A DNA stretch of 64,000 bases from Thecamonas trahens ATCC 50062 (lineage: Eukaryota > Protista > Apusomonadida). A program made the position numbers and the translations under genes. Under the pieces are notes generated by a model that saw only the letters and a program-made list of their open reading frames with translations, was not told where the DNA came from and ran no database searches. How positions within the stretch are numbered: position 1 is the first letter of the stretch; every line of letters starts with the position of its first letter. Where the stretch lies: positions 186,001 through 250,000 of the forward strand of contig NW_013657675.1 in NCBI RefSeq assembly GCF_000142905.1, in the 5' to 3' direction. This document shows positions 32,357-43,100 of the stretch, in pieces.

Positions 32357-33703
32357 TCATTTGCGCCGCCCCGGCGATGTCGCCTTTGGCGACGCTACCA
32401 TCGTCCGCGCCGCCGAACTGGTCCTCGCCCGCCGTTGCTTCTTGCGCACATAACGCGCCTTTTTCGACTCGGCCGCTGCCTTGGCCGCCGCGTCAATTTG
32501 GTCCATCAGCCGAGTCGTCGTCGACACAAAGGCATCAAACTCATGGATGACCTGCCGCACATGCGCCGAGTACCGGGTATCCGTCGGCTCGCTCGTTCCG
32601 CCACGCCCACCGCCGGCGCCCCAAGCATCCATCTGCGACAGCGCCATCGACTGCAGCTGTGCCGCCATGATGTACTGCGCGTCAACCTCGGCCACCTCGC
32701 ACACCGTCTCAAGCACCACCACATGCATCATCTGCTCGGCCTCGGTCATCGAGTCAAAGTTGGCCGGGAGTCCCAGCGGTGGTCGCGACGTCCGCCGGAC
32801 GCCCGCCCGATACGACACCTCCGAATCGCTGTCGTAGCTGTACGATTCGAGATGTTGCGTGTTGCGATAAGCGCTCGCGCCTAGCCGCGTGGTTCCCGTC
32901 ACCATGTCATCGTCGTCAGACGATGAAGCAACGATTGGGATACGAGCTCTCTCGGCTGCCGCCGCCTCAGCTGCCGCCGCCTCAGCTGCCGCCGCCTCAG
33001 CTGCCGCCGCCTCAGCTGCCGCCGCCTCGGCTGCCGCCACCTCAGCTGCCGCTGTTGCTTCAGCTTCTGCTGCTGTCGCTTCTGCTGCTTCAGTCTCGGC
33101 CTTGGCTGCTGCTGTTTCTGCTGCCGCTGCTGCAACAGCATCACCATCGCCATCGGGCTCGATCGGAGCCGCAGGTGCGTCCGCAGATCTGACCGCGGCT
33201 GTGGTTGCGTCTTCTGCCGCAGCCGCCGCGGCCACCTCTGTCGAAGCTTCATCAGCTCCTGGCTCTCCATCTGTTGCAGCTTCTGCTTGAACAGCGCCGC
33301 CATCTGACCTGGCATCGTCGGCGCCAGGATCAACCTCGGCCTCGCCTCCTGCACCGGTCCCATCCCCAGCATTATCCTCGCCCCCAGCGTCGTCGGTCGA
33401 TGCGGCCGCCGGCAGAGATGGAGGCGAGCCGTGGCGGAGAACAAGGACATGCGACTTCTTGAGCTTGAGGGTAAAGGGGGTGACATCGTCGAGGGCTTCG
33501 ATCACGAGCTCATCCTCGCCAGCACTGCAATCTACCGGTCGGTAGAAGACGGTATATCCGTCGGGGCTGGCTATGCCGACCTTGTCAAGGAACTTGGCCT
33601 TGGCCATGGACGCCGCCAGCGGCTTGGTGTCGAGGAGGAACACCCGCTTGGCCTCCTTCACCGCCCCGTCCTCACCATGGACCTCTACCGTTAGCAGCAC
33701 CAT
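32357..33703 (-). CDS. Hypothetical protein with possible N-terminal beta-grasp domain and (EAAAA)n helix
   Basis: Long ORF with typical codon bias; 15-bp coding repeat at about 32953-33050. Confidence 0.65.
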   Translation of the reverse strand: MVLLTVEVHGEDGAVKEAKRVFLLDTKPLAASMAKAKFLDKVGIASPDGYTVFYRPVDCSAGEDELVIEALDDVTPFTLKLKKSHVLVLRHGSPPSLPAAASTDDAGGEDNAGDGTGAGGEAEVDPGADDARSDGGAVQAEAATDGEPGADEASTEVAAAAAAEDATTAAVRSADAPAAPIEPDGDGDAVAAAAAETAAAKAETEAAEATAAEAEATAAAEVAAAEAAAAEAAAAEAAAAEAAAAEAAAAERARIPIVASSSDDDDMVTGTTRLGASAYRNTQHLESYSYDSDSEVSYRAGVRRTSRPPLGLPANFDSMTEAEQMMHVVVLETVCEVAEVDAQYIMAAQLQSMALSQMDAWGAGGGRGGTSEPTDTRYSAHVRQVIHEFDAFVSTTTRLMDQIDAAAKAAAESKKARYVRKKQRRARTSSAARTMVASPKATSPGRRK

Positions 33704-33875
33704 CCTTCAATTGATAGTGGGAATGCTAGTAGTGTGGTGGTCGTGGCCCAATACTCTTGCCGCCAGTCGTCGACCTGTTCCCTCAGCACCACTGCCGCCC
33801 GCTGCCTGTCCCGCTGGCTGCCTTTCCGGCGAACGGATGAACGGACGAACGGACGGACGGACGAACGCAATCCCT

Positions 33876-33925
33876 CGCACACACACATACACACACACAC
33901 ACACATACACACACATACACACACA
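33876..33925. repeat. (CA)n microsatellite
   Basis: Seen directly. Confidence 0.9.
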
Positions 33926-33962
33926 TGGAACTTCTATCACATGCGTCATGCATGCTCGTTGA

Positions 33963-36620
33963 CTAGTTCAAGTAAGAAGAGTACGGTCCGAGGCATGCAC
34001 CCGCAGCGATGAGAACGGCAATCATCGCATCGTTGCCGGTCCCGGTTGCGTAGAGTAGCGCCTCGTGCTCGTTCGACACGTCGACGCGCGCATCGTCCGT
34101 GAGGAGCTTGACAACGGCGAGATGGTTATACTTGACCGCCCAGCGGAGTGCGTAGTGTGAGAGCGCCGACGGGTCGACTCGCTCGTCTGCAAGGAGCAGC
34201 TCAACAGTCTCGAGCCGGCCAAACCGAGCCGCCCATCGAATCGCAAAGTTGTCTGCAGTGGTGGGATCAGTCCTGGGATCGGCAAGGAGGAGGCGAAAAG
34301 CGGCAGCGTCGGGGCACCGCGCCGCCCGCCGGATTGCCCAATTGTCGTGGGCAGCCGGATCAACCCGTGGATCGGCAAGCAGAAGAGCAATAACCTCGTC
34401 CTGTCCCGTATCGGCCGCGAACCGAATGGCTTCGTTGTTGCAGGCTGCGGGATCGACGCCTGCCAGCCCAAGCAGCTTGCACACAATACCCGCCTGTCCG
34501 GCCTGGGCCGCAAGCCGTAGCGCCCAATTGTTGTCGGCCGTTGCGTCGATCCGGGCGTCGGCGAGAAGGTAGTCAAACACTTCAGTTAGACCGCACTGTG
34601 CTGCCATGCGAAACACATTCTGTTGCGATGCCGTCACATCAACCCGTGGGTCGGCCAGCAACACAAGTGCTGCTTCAACATGACCGTGCATGACGGCCTC
34701 ATCCACTGCGCGATGGTCGCCTGCGCGCGGATCGACCCGCGGATCTCCAAGAAGCAGAGCAATGACGCCAGCCGCGCCGCTGGTCGCGGCCCGAAAAAGG
34801 GCTATCGCGTTGTCAGCGGCGGGATCGACACGGGAGTCTGCCAGTAGACGTGCAGCTACGTCGGTATGGCCGTGCTCCGACGCCAGCTCCAGCGCCATGG
34901 TAGCATCAGCCGAAGACAGGCTCTCATCATCAAGCAGCAGTTCGACAAGCGACAGCAGTCCCGCAGCGGCACCGAGTCGCAGGATCTGGCCCTGGTCCTG
35001 AACACTTGCGCTCTGAGCAAGCTCGGTTGCGAGAACCTCGAGGCCAAATACAGCCGCCGCCGCCCCGAGGCACACCTGCGGCTGGAAGACATCGCGCCAA
35101 AGCACATGGCCAATCTTTGGAGGCCAGCTCACCAGCCACACAACGCCTGCCCGCGCAAGTGCCTTGACTAGCACGTGGCGATCAAGGGCTTCTTCCGCAG
35201 CAAGGTCAGCACTCAGCGCGCGCTTGAGCAGTGGTGTCGAGACGAGACCAGGGAGTTCTGATGAGCTTGTGCGCGCAAGTGCAATCCAGGCAGCTCGCCA
35301 CATGCCGCGCTCCATGCAGCTAGCGACGCCCATAGTTGCCGCAGCGTGGGCCCGGGCGTAGTACGAGCCGAGTAGCGCCGAGTGGAGAGCCCACGATGAC
35401 GATGCGAGCGCGACAATTGAAGGTGCATCGAGATACGGAAAGGCAATAGCGTGAAGGATTTCGGTCGGGAGGCGCTCGAGGAATGACAACGGTGGAAGTG
35501 GGTCGGCGCCGCGTGGCAGTGCCGCGCCCGCATTGTGAAGGAGTCGAACAATCCGTGTATGACCTGCCATGTAGGCGCGGCTCATGGCCTCTCCGTTGCG
35601 GGCAGTGGCATCGACCTGCGGGTGGGCGAGAAGAATGCCAACGGTAGTAGTGTGACCGTTGATGGAGGCTGTCACCAGCGCGGCATTGGCCATGGCGCCA
35701 GGATCGGTGCGCGGGTGCGCAAGGAGAGCGCGGACAACGTCACTGTCGCCGCGTGATGCTGCCCACGACAGAGCCGAGCTGGAGCTTCCGGGATCAATCC
35801 GCGGATCGGCTAGAAGGACGTTGACAACATCAATGTTTCCGCCCTTGGCCGCCCAGGTCAAGGCGAGACTTTCATCGAGTGATGGATCGACAAGCGGATG
35901 GTCCAGGAGCAGGCGTGTAGCCTCGAGGTGGCCGCGATATGCGGCCTCGCACAGCGCGCTGCGGCCGCGACCTGGATGAGCGCCAGGCTCTCCTAGTAGG
36001 ATCTTGAGCATGGCACAATGATTGTTTGCCGCTGCGAGCACAACAGGGTTGTTGCGAGCAGCAGCCAGCTCCACGTCGCCATCCGCGAGCAGCCGCTGGG
36101 TGACGCGGGTGAGGCCGGCCAGGGCGGCCGCCGTGAGCAGCCCTGCCTTGCCGTCCGCCGATGGCGGAAGTGTCTCCAGAAGTTCCAATGCCACGTCCTC
36201 AAGACCACAGAGGGCAGCCAGTGCGTGGATGGAGAGGACAGTCCGCGGATGCAACAAGCGCGTGTCAGCGAGTTCCGCCGCCTCGGAGACGCCAAGCGTG
36301 GCCCCACATCCGGCGATGGCATGGACGAGGGCGATCCAGTGATCATCACACGGCGCAGGCGACAAAAACACAGCAACAATGTCTGCAACGGTCGGTGGTG
36401 CAGCTCTACGCGCGAGTGCCATGCTTGCGCCCCACCAATACCCGTGTGCGATGGCGACGGAGATTCCCGCGCCGGCATGTGCGACAGCCCGGGCATACGG
36501 CGAGCCAAGGAGGGCGTCGTGTAGAGCAGAGCAAGTCGAGGCAAGGGCAACGACCGAGCGCGAGTCGAGGTACGGATGGGCGATGGCGTGGATGAGTTCG
36601 GGTGGGAGGTCTGCCAGCAT
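33963..36620 (-). CDS. Tandem (F-box + ankyrin repeats) x2 protein
   Basis: LADLPPELIHAIAHPYLDSRSVVALASTC and LERLPTEILHAIAFPYLDAPSIVALASSS, each followed by ankyrin repeats of the type LLADPRVDP.A.DN.AIR.AA..G. Confidence 0.9.
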   Translation of the reverse strand: MLADLPPELIHAIAHPYLDSRSVVALASTCSALHDALLGSPYARAVAHAGAGISVAIAHGYWWGASMALARRAAPPTVADIVAVFLSPAPCDDHWIALVHAIAGCGATLGVSEAAELADTRLLHPRTVLSIHALAALCGLEDVALELLETLPPSADGKAGLLTAAALAGLTRVTQRLLADGDVELAAARNNPVVLAAANNHCAMLKILLGEPGAHPGRGRSALCEAAYRGHLEATRLLLDHPLVDPSLDESLALTWAAKGGNIDVVNVLLADPRIDPGSSSSALSWAASRGDSDVVRALLAHPRTDPGAMANAALVTASINGHTTTVGILLAHPQVDATARNGEAMSRAYMAGHTRIVRLLHNAGAALPRGADPLPPLSFLERLPTEILHAIAFPYLDAPSIVALASSSWALHSALLGSYYARAHAAATMGVASCMERGMWRAAWIALARTSSSELPGLVSTPLLKRALSADLAAEEALDRHVLVKALARAGVVWLVSWPPKIGHVLWRDVFQPQVCLGAAAAVFGLEVLATELAQSASVQDQGQILRLGAAAGLLSLVELLLDDESLSSADATMALELASEHGHTDVAARLLADSRVDPAADNAIALFRAATSGAAGVIALLLGDPRVDPRAGDHRAVDEAVMHGHVEAALVLLADPRVDVTASQQNVFRMAAQCGLTEVFDYLLADARIDATADNNWALRLAAQAGQAGIVCKLLGLAGVDPAACNNEAIRFAADTGQDEVIALLLADPRVDPAAHDNWAIRRAARCPDAAAFRLLLADPRTDPTTADNFAIRWAARFGRLETVELLLADERVDPSALSHYALRWAVKYNHLAVVKLLTDDARVDVSNEHEALLYATGTGNDAMIAVLIAAGACLGPYSSYLN

Positions 36621-36783
36621 CGCGGCGAAGCAGTCGCAGCGACGAGAGGAAGGGGGAAGAGGGCCGGAGTGGCGAATGATGACGAATGGCGGCGAATGTC
36701 GAATGGCCACAGAGACGAGTGGCAGGGATGGCTGGACAGGCAAGTCACGGCCCGGACCACAAGGCACGGGAGCGAGGACAGGG

Positions 36784-36848
36784 CACACACTGCACACGCA
36801 CACACACACATACGCACACACACACACACACACATACACATACACACG
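36784..36848. repeat. (CA)n microsatellite in a divergent promoter region
   Basis: Seen directly. Confidence 0.9.
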
Positions 36849-36951
36849 GTCGGAAACACGGTCAGACACGGTGCACACAACTGACACGCGACTCGGCTAC
36901 CCACGACCCCCACGACAACACCCTGCCCCCGTCCCGCCCGAGCCGTTACCC

Positions 36952-37896
36952 ATGTCCGCCCACGCTGATGAGCTCGATGCGCTCCGCTCTGCTGCTGCTG
37001 ATGCTGCCTTTGCTGCTGCGCTCCATTCGGCACCGGCCATCAATGAGCTGGCGGCAAACATTGAGGTCTCGCTGGCCACGGTCGATGCCCTTGTGGCCGA
37101 GGTCGTCGCCATTGGTCACGCTGCAGAGCACCTGCTCGACCGAGGCGACACAGGCGATGTCGGCACGCTCACAGACGAGCTGGACAACTCGCTGCTGGGG
37201 TCTGTTCTCCATGGCGATGACGCACTCGTGTCATCCCGCGAATATGGCTGCTGGGGCGCAGAGCCCCACGACAGCGGCCGTGCTCTGCTCTCGTCGTCAC
37301 TGCTCTCGATCTCGCAGATCGGCGCCTCGCCGCCGCCCCCGCAGACGCCGCCTGCTGCGTCCCGGTCACCGCATGCCGCAATGACCGCACCGGCCTCACC
37401 ATATGCCCGCGCCGCCATCCACCGCGCGGTCGAGCGGCTGCACGGCTCCCCCGGCCTGCTTGTTGGATGTGAGTCTCCGCAAACTGCTGATGCCCGCCAG
37501 ACTGTAGCCGCCGAGGAGATGCTCTCGGATCATTACGCCTGGCATGTGGGCTCGCTTGATGCCGCCGCTGCTGTCGTAGACGCTGTCATCGCCGACGAAG
37601 CTGATGCCGCTGCCAATGATACATGGCGCGAGTCGGCAGCAGACAGTATTTTGCACGACGAACTCGTCGCGCTCATGCGCGAGGCGGCCGCTGAGGCCGT
37701 CGACGACGTCGCGCTCGAGGAGGACTACTCGGTCGGTTCGTCGTACTGGGGCGATGACGATGCCGATGCGGGACAAACTCCTGTTTCCGACACCGCCACC
37801 GCAGCATCCAACCCTGCCCCATTGTCCAAACCGTCCCGCGCAGCGCGCCCGACGCGCCCAGCACCGCGCCCGCCGCTCCTGCTCCCCGCCCAATGA
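36952..37896 (+). CDS. Hypothetical acidic helical protein
   Basis: ORF from MSAHADEL with coding-like composition; overlaps the 3' end of the ABC ORF. Confidence 0.55.
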   Translation: MSAHADELDALRSAAADAAFAAALHSAPAINELAANIEVSLATVDALVAEVVAIGHAAEHLLDRGDTGDVGTLTDELDNSLLGSVLHGDDALVSSREYGCWGAEPHDSGRALLSSSLLSISQIGASPPPPQTPPAASRSPHAAMTAPASPYARAAIHRAVERLHGSPGLLVGCESPQTADARQTVAAEEMLSDHYAWHVGSLDAAAAVVDAVIADEADAAANDTWRESAADSILHDELVALMREAAAEAVDDVALEEDYSVGSSYWGDDDADAGQTPVSDTATAASNPAPLSKPSRAARPTRPAPRPPLLLPAQ

Positions 37897-39932
37897 CAGC
37901 TCGGCCGCAGCTGGACCACCCCGTGAGCGAGCATGATCACACCGTCAAAGGCTGGGACAAGCTCGGGATCGTGAGTCACAGCGACCACAACAAGTCCACG
38001 CCGCGCCGCCGCTGCCAAAACCTGCGGCAGCACCCGGTCGCGCCGTTTGCCCACATCCATCTTAGACAGCGCCTCATCCAGAAGCAGCAGCTCGATATCG
38101 CGCCGCACCAGAGCTCGCGCCAGCGCCACACTTTGGGCCTGGCCACCCGACAAGTTGCTTCCGCCACTCTCGATCTCCAGCTCGAGGACGTCACCCCCGC
38201 CGCTAGGCTCTGCCAGCCCGGCAGCGTCGAGTGCGTCCCGCAGCTCGGCGTCACTGGCACCCGCCGCGAACAGCTGCAGGTTATGCCGAACGGTGCCAGC
38301 AAAGAGGAACGGCGACTGCCTCACATATCCAATCCGCGCCCGCGCCGGACCTGTCTCGCTCTCGTCGCTACTACGCCACACCACGCGACCCGCTGTCGGC
38401 TGCACCAGCCCGGCCAGTAGCCGCACCAGCGTCGACTTTCCGGCCTGGTTCGGCCCGACCACTGCGTAGCTGCGCCCAGCGCGGAGCTCGATCTCGGCGC
38501 CCACCCGAAGCTTCCATGACGCCCGATCGGGGTAGACGTACTCGATGCCGCTCGGCAGAACCACTGTGTCCAGCGGTCCGGAATCAGGTCCGGCCGCGGC
38601 ACTCGATGCCTGAGGCAGGTTGAGGATGGCATTCAGCTCCTGTTGCTCGTGCGGTGAGGCAAAGAGCAGCGACGTAAACGCCCACAGTCGGCGTAAAATC
38701 GCCAAAAGTCGATTCACGTCCGACACTGCCTGCGCGTACTCGGGATGGGCGACTCTCTTGGTCATCAGTACCCATGGCACGACCGAGAGTTCCAGCAGCG
38801 CCTCAAAGGTCGACCGCGAACAGCACGCATTGAGCACTGTGTGCGCCATCGACAGCACGCCGTAGTGCGAGACTGCGTCGTCGTTGTGGATCGCCTCTAC
38901 CGCCGCACCCATCGCCGCCACCGCCCCGGGATGCATCTGCAACTCGACCGCGCCGGCACCAGCCTCCTGAAGAAGCGCCACACCACGGGCATTGGCTGAA
39001 GCTTTGCGCCCACGACGCGCTTCCACCGCCGTGCCGAGCCGATCGCGGGCAGCGCGCAAGCAGCGCTCAAGCGCAAAGCCCAGCAATGGGTGCAGGAGCA
39101 GCATCGCGTCAAGCCGCAACAGGTTTCCCCGTGCTTCCGCTGCCCTGCCACTCCGCCGCCCACGAATCAACGCCGCAGTCTCAACCACAAGCGCATACGA
39201 GTCACCTACAATGGCGGGAAGGACCGAGGTGACCATCGATGCTGCACGGGCCAGCTGCGTCGCAGCTACCGTCAGCCGGCGCCCGAGGCCGGGCCCGCCG
39301 TCGCCCTGCAGCTTACCCACTGCGCCAGGCTCAGCCCCGAGCAAAAGTCGCAACAGATACGACCGATACCGACCACGGCTCGCTGATGCCAGCGATCGGC
39401 GCAGCGTCGAGAGGAGCGCATCAAGCAAGGCCGCCCAGAGCGCGATCCCTGCAAAAGCCAGTAGCTCGCGGCCCGTCGGACGCCCGGCGCCGGTCGCGGA
39501 ACCTCTGCTGCTTGATCCGTCCATGGCCGTCACCCGTGCCAGCAGGCCGATCCGCGCCCGCCGCACCGCATTCGCCACCGACCGCATCCGCAGCGCCGGC
39601 GGCAGCAGCCAGTCCTCCAGCAGCGGGCGGGCATAGTACAGCGCCGCTGTAGCCAGCGCCAACTGCGGCGCCGTCTGCCAGAGGTGGGCATAGAAGCCCA
39701 CTGCAGGATGTCGCCCGGCCATCACCTCCGCTACCCGCCTGTCTGCCGTCTGCTGTATGCCGCCTCGCCGCTGCCTTGTGTCCCTCTCGTACCTGTGGGT
39801 CGAGTCGAGTGGCACCACCATGGCGCCCTCGCTCGCGGGTTTGTCGACTGTGATGCCTCGCTGCCTCCCGCTGCGCCCATCGACCTCGTCTGCCCATCGC
39901 ACTCCCAGGGGCATCGTCTGTGACACTGTCAT
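37725..39932 (-). CDS. ABC half-transporter-like protein (degenerate TMD + NBD)
   Basis: Walker A GPNQAGKST, Q-loop YVRQ, LSGGQ, Walker B LLLLDEALSKMD, H-loop VTHD. Start codon uncertain. Confidence 0.85.
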   Translation of the reverse strand: MTVSQTMPLGVRWADEVDGRSGRQRGITVDKPASEGAMVVPLDSTHRYERDTRQRRGGIQQTADRRVAEVMAGRHPAVGFYAHLWQTAPQLALATAALYYARPLLEDWLLPPALRMRSVANAVRRARIGLLARVTAMDGSSSRGSATGAGRPTGRELLAFAGIALWAALLDALLSTLRRSLASASRGRYRSYLLRLLLGAEPGAVGKLQGDGGPGLGRRLTVAATQLARAASMVTSVLPAIVGDSYALVVETAALIRGRRSGRAAEARGNLLRLDAMLLLHPLLGFALERCLRAARDRLGTAVEARRGRKASANARGVALLQEAGAGAVELQMHPGAVAAMGAAVEAIHNDDAVSHYGVLSMAHTVLNACCSRSTFEALLELSVVPWVLMTKRVAHPEYAQAVSDVNRLLAILRRLWAFTSLLFASPHEQQELNAILNLPQASSAAAGPDSGPLDTVVLPSGIEYVYPDRASWKLRVGAEIELRAGRSYAVVGPNQAGKSTLVRLLAGLVQPTAGRVVWRSSDESETGPARARIGYVRQSPFLFAGTVRHNLQLFAAGASDAELRDALDAAGLAEPSGGGDVLELEIESGGSNLSGGQAQSVALARALVRRDIELLLLDEALSKMDVGKRRDRVLPQVLAAAARRGLVVVAVTHDPELVPAFDGVIMLAHGVVQLRPSCHWAGSRSGGRGAGRVGRAARDGLDNGAGLDAAVAVSETGVCPASASSSPQYDEPTE

Positions 39933-40144
39933 CGCTCGCGACAGCCGTCATGGCTCAGCTCACAGCTGAACGCACACTCGCCCTCAACGACTTTGCTATC
40001 GTCCCTACCGGCGACAACGACTCGCTGCAGTCTCGCAAGCGCATTTTGTGCAGACTTTATGATGTGGTCAGCGTTCTGGTCGTCCTCGGGCTTGCTCAGC
40101 GCGATGGTATCGATCGCACCACCACTACGATTGCTGCCAGCTGA
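39920..40144 (+). CDS. Small E2F/DP-like winged-helix ORF
   Basis: RKRILCRLYDVVSVLVVLGL resembles E2F/DP RRxYDxxNVLxxxGL. First in-frame ATG is at 39950. Confidence 0.45.
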   Translation: MTLSSLATAVMAQLTAERTLALNDFAIVPTGDNDSLQSRKRILCRLYDVVSVLVVLGLAQRDGIDRTTTTIAAS

Positions 40145-40152
40145 GGTGGCCG

Positions 40153-43100
40153 TCACAGCCGGCGCGACTGGCCTTCAGCCATCCACACGTCCGGTCGGTC
40201 CTTGTCTGGATACCGCATGCTTTTCTTGCGGGCAAGCTTGCGCAGCCGCCGAAGCCGCTTCGCATTCTCGCTCTCCTCGGGGTCGGATGATGACGATGAC
40301 GACGCGTAGGACAGATCGTCCGACGAGCCCACGTGGAGTTCGCCCTTTTCCACGCGCGCCTTGGCCGCCGCAGCCGCAATGTCTGCCATCACACTCGGTG
40401 CATCGGTGCTGGCCGCGGGTACGCCTGGTGCCAATCGTGTCGCCTTGTCGGTCGTGCCTGCCGCAGCCGCCGCGCTTGCCACGGCAGTAGCCGATGGCGC
40501 CGCCGATGGTGCAACCGGAGGCGCTGCCGGAGGTGCACGTACGCCGTGGACCGGCAGGCGCCGCCGCAGCTCTGGCAAGAGCGACATGTAGTCCACGTGT
40601 CGCACGTGTGCTGCGTTCGCCGCCGCGCCCTCCACTGCGCTCTCGTCCATCTGCAGCTCGTCCGCGTACGCATGGCAGTACTTGGAGAGGAACCGGTGCC
40701 AAAAGTGCAGCGCCGTATTCTCGTCCGGCAGGTGTGGGAGCACCCGTGAACCTTCATCATCACCTCGTACCGCTCATCGGCGTCTGCCGCCTGAGAACCC
40801 AGGTCCATCACAAGCGCGATGCATGACTGCATCGCTTGCACCTGTGCTGGTGTCATCGCCACCTCTGACGACGCCGCCGCAACAGCTGCTGCAGGCGGCA
40901 CAACAGCAGGTATAGCAGCTGGCGGGGCGACTGTTGCGCTCATAACTTCCGGCTCGGGTGTATGCTCGACAACACCGCCGCCGCCGCCAAAGTGCGCCGC
41001 GTACGCCTCGGTCTCTGCCGTGAATGCATCCAGCTCAATCCCGCTCGCCTTGCGCGTCACGACGGTCTCACTAATCGCCACGCTCCCGTTGCGCATCCGG
41101 GCATTCAGCCGCCGCATCTTCCACTGCTTCCAGTTGCGACGAATCGTCCGCACAAAGGCAAGCCAGTTCATCGCCGCTGCAGGCACAATCCACGCCAGCC
41201 AAAGGCCAGCAAGGCCAAACGAGTCAGCGCTCCACTTACCATATCCGATCTGGTGCACAAGAGCGAGTCCGGCGCATGTCGTTCCCACCTGCACGCACGC
41301 CATCGCCCACCACAGCGAGAGGCCAACCTCGTTTCGAACGTTGAGCACCTCCCACACAAACCCAACCATGTTGAGATCGCGCAGATGATTCGCTCGTGCG
41401 TGTTCCACCGCAGATGCAGTTGCCCACAAAAGGCTCTCCACGCCCGCACTGCACAGCACCGCAACCATGAACAGCGCCACAAGCGACCCAGTACCCCAGT
41501 CGCCCGGCTGCGACGGGCCGCCCATAAACATCGCCACACACAGCGGTGTCAGGTAGAGCGTCGTCGCCACGCCAAGCGCTGCGCCAACCACTACATTCAC
41601 CCGCTTCCGCGCGATGAACACTCCGCGGTTGACAGAGAATCCAAAGACGAGCACAACAACGCCGACCACCGTCGACCACACCCCGTCATACCGAATCGAG
41701 ACAAGCGCCACAGACGCCGCCCACGGGAGCAGGTACAGAAAGAGAGCGGCGGCCAACACAAAGACCACGTCGTCAACCCACTGCACGCCGAGTACGCCGC
41801 CCGCGCGACGCACAAGACCACGGTGGAACACCCACGCAAGGACGCCCACCACGACTGTGCTGAAAGCCATCACCGCAAACAGTGCCGTCACAGAGAGCCG
41901 CTCGTCTGCATGCTGCGCAACCCTGGCCGGCGCACACGCCAGCCAAACTCCGGCCCACCGCGAGAGGCTCTCCACAATAACAAGCAGCGGCTCGTTGACA
42001 AAGCTAGTCCTTCCCGCGTACAGCGCCCGCATTCCGGCAGTAATCACAAACCTCGACCAGAGCCCGGGGTCGCGGAAGTGGCCCACAACCAGCGAGCCCA
42101 CCAGCCCGGCCCATGCCACATACGACAGGGCCACAACCAGGTAGCCCAGCGGCCATCGCGACGGCGGGTCATATCCTAACCGCGGCGCCCCAGTGGTGCT
42201 GTCGCCGCTAATAACGCCCGCGTACTGGCCGCCTCGTCCGTCAACAGAAACCATCCAACCGGCCGCGGGTGACCGGCAGTGCAGCGGCGCGCTCGTCTCA
42301 ACAACTACCGCCGCAGAGGCCTGGCAGGCCTGGACCGTGTCGGAGCTGTAGCATGCAGACTGTGCCACCGCCCACGTCGCCATCGCATGTGCTGTGCACG
42401 TCGTTGCAGGCTCAAAACACGGCATCGTCGCTCCGTCCACACGATCGCTTCCGCCGCCGCCGGTTCCAATCGCTCCCGCCGCGACGTCCAGTCGGAGCTC
42501 GCGTCCCGCCGGCGCAAGCAGAACGCCTGCAGCCTCGGCCCCGACAGAAGGCGCAAGCACAAGCCCGCTCCGCTCTCCCAGCACACGGATTGTCGGAAGC
42601 TCGTTCCTGACGGGAAGCGCGTGTTCCGGGCCTACTACAACCCAGTTGAGACTTGCGTCCTCAAACACCACCTCGCGCACGTACCGCTTGCGAGGGAGCA
42701 TGCCATCGCGAAGTACAATTTCCACCGTAGGCGGTCCAGCATCTGTGCCCCGGGCTCCAATCCGCATCGTGTCTGCTGTAAGAGTCACCTCGCGGTTGAC
42801 AACCGCGTACGGGGCCTCGCCCTCGTCGACATCAACCACAAACCGAACGCGTGCCTCCAGAGTTGAGACCTCTCCATTTCCTCGGACATCCAGCCCGGGC
42901 ATACCGGCTCCGTCAATGCTTGCACCCGAAGCCAACACAAGGCTGCTCCCACTTGCTGTCGTCAGCTGGACCGAGCCCCGCAGCCTTTTGGGCGCCGCGA
43001 TCTCTGGCCACGCTTCACCAAACGCGTACTCTCCAGCAAACGCCGCAGACGATGACGTGTTGAGCTGGACGTGCGACCCGCTGACGAACAGCGGCGAGCC

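Noticed and set aside
33963-36620. Endogenous giant-virus insertion suggested by the ankyrin repeats
   Set aside because: No viral hallmark genes or clear compositional boundary; neighbours are host-type genes.
40389-40740. C-terminus of the 3529-aa ORF (CSHTCRTRIRR...)
   Set aside because: Off-frame Arg-rich composition; the alternative frame 40153-40743 is the coding-like one.
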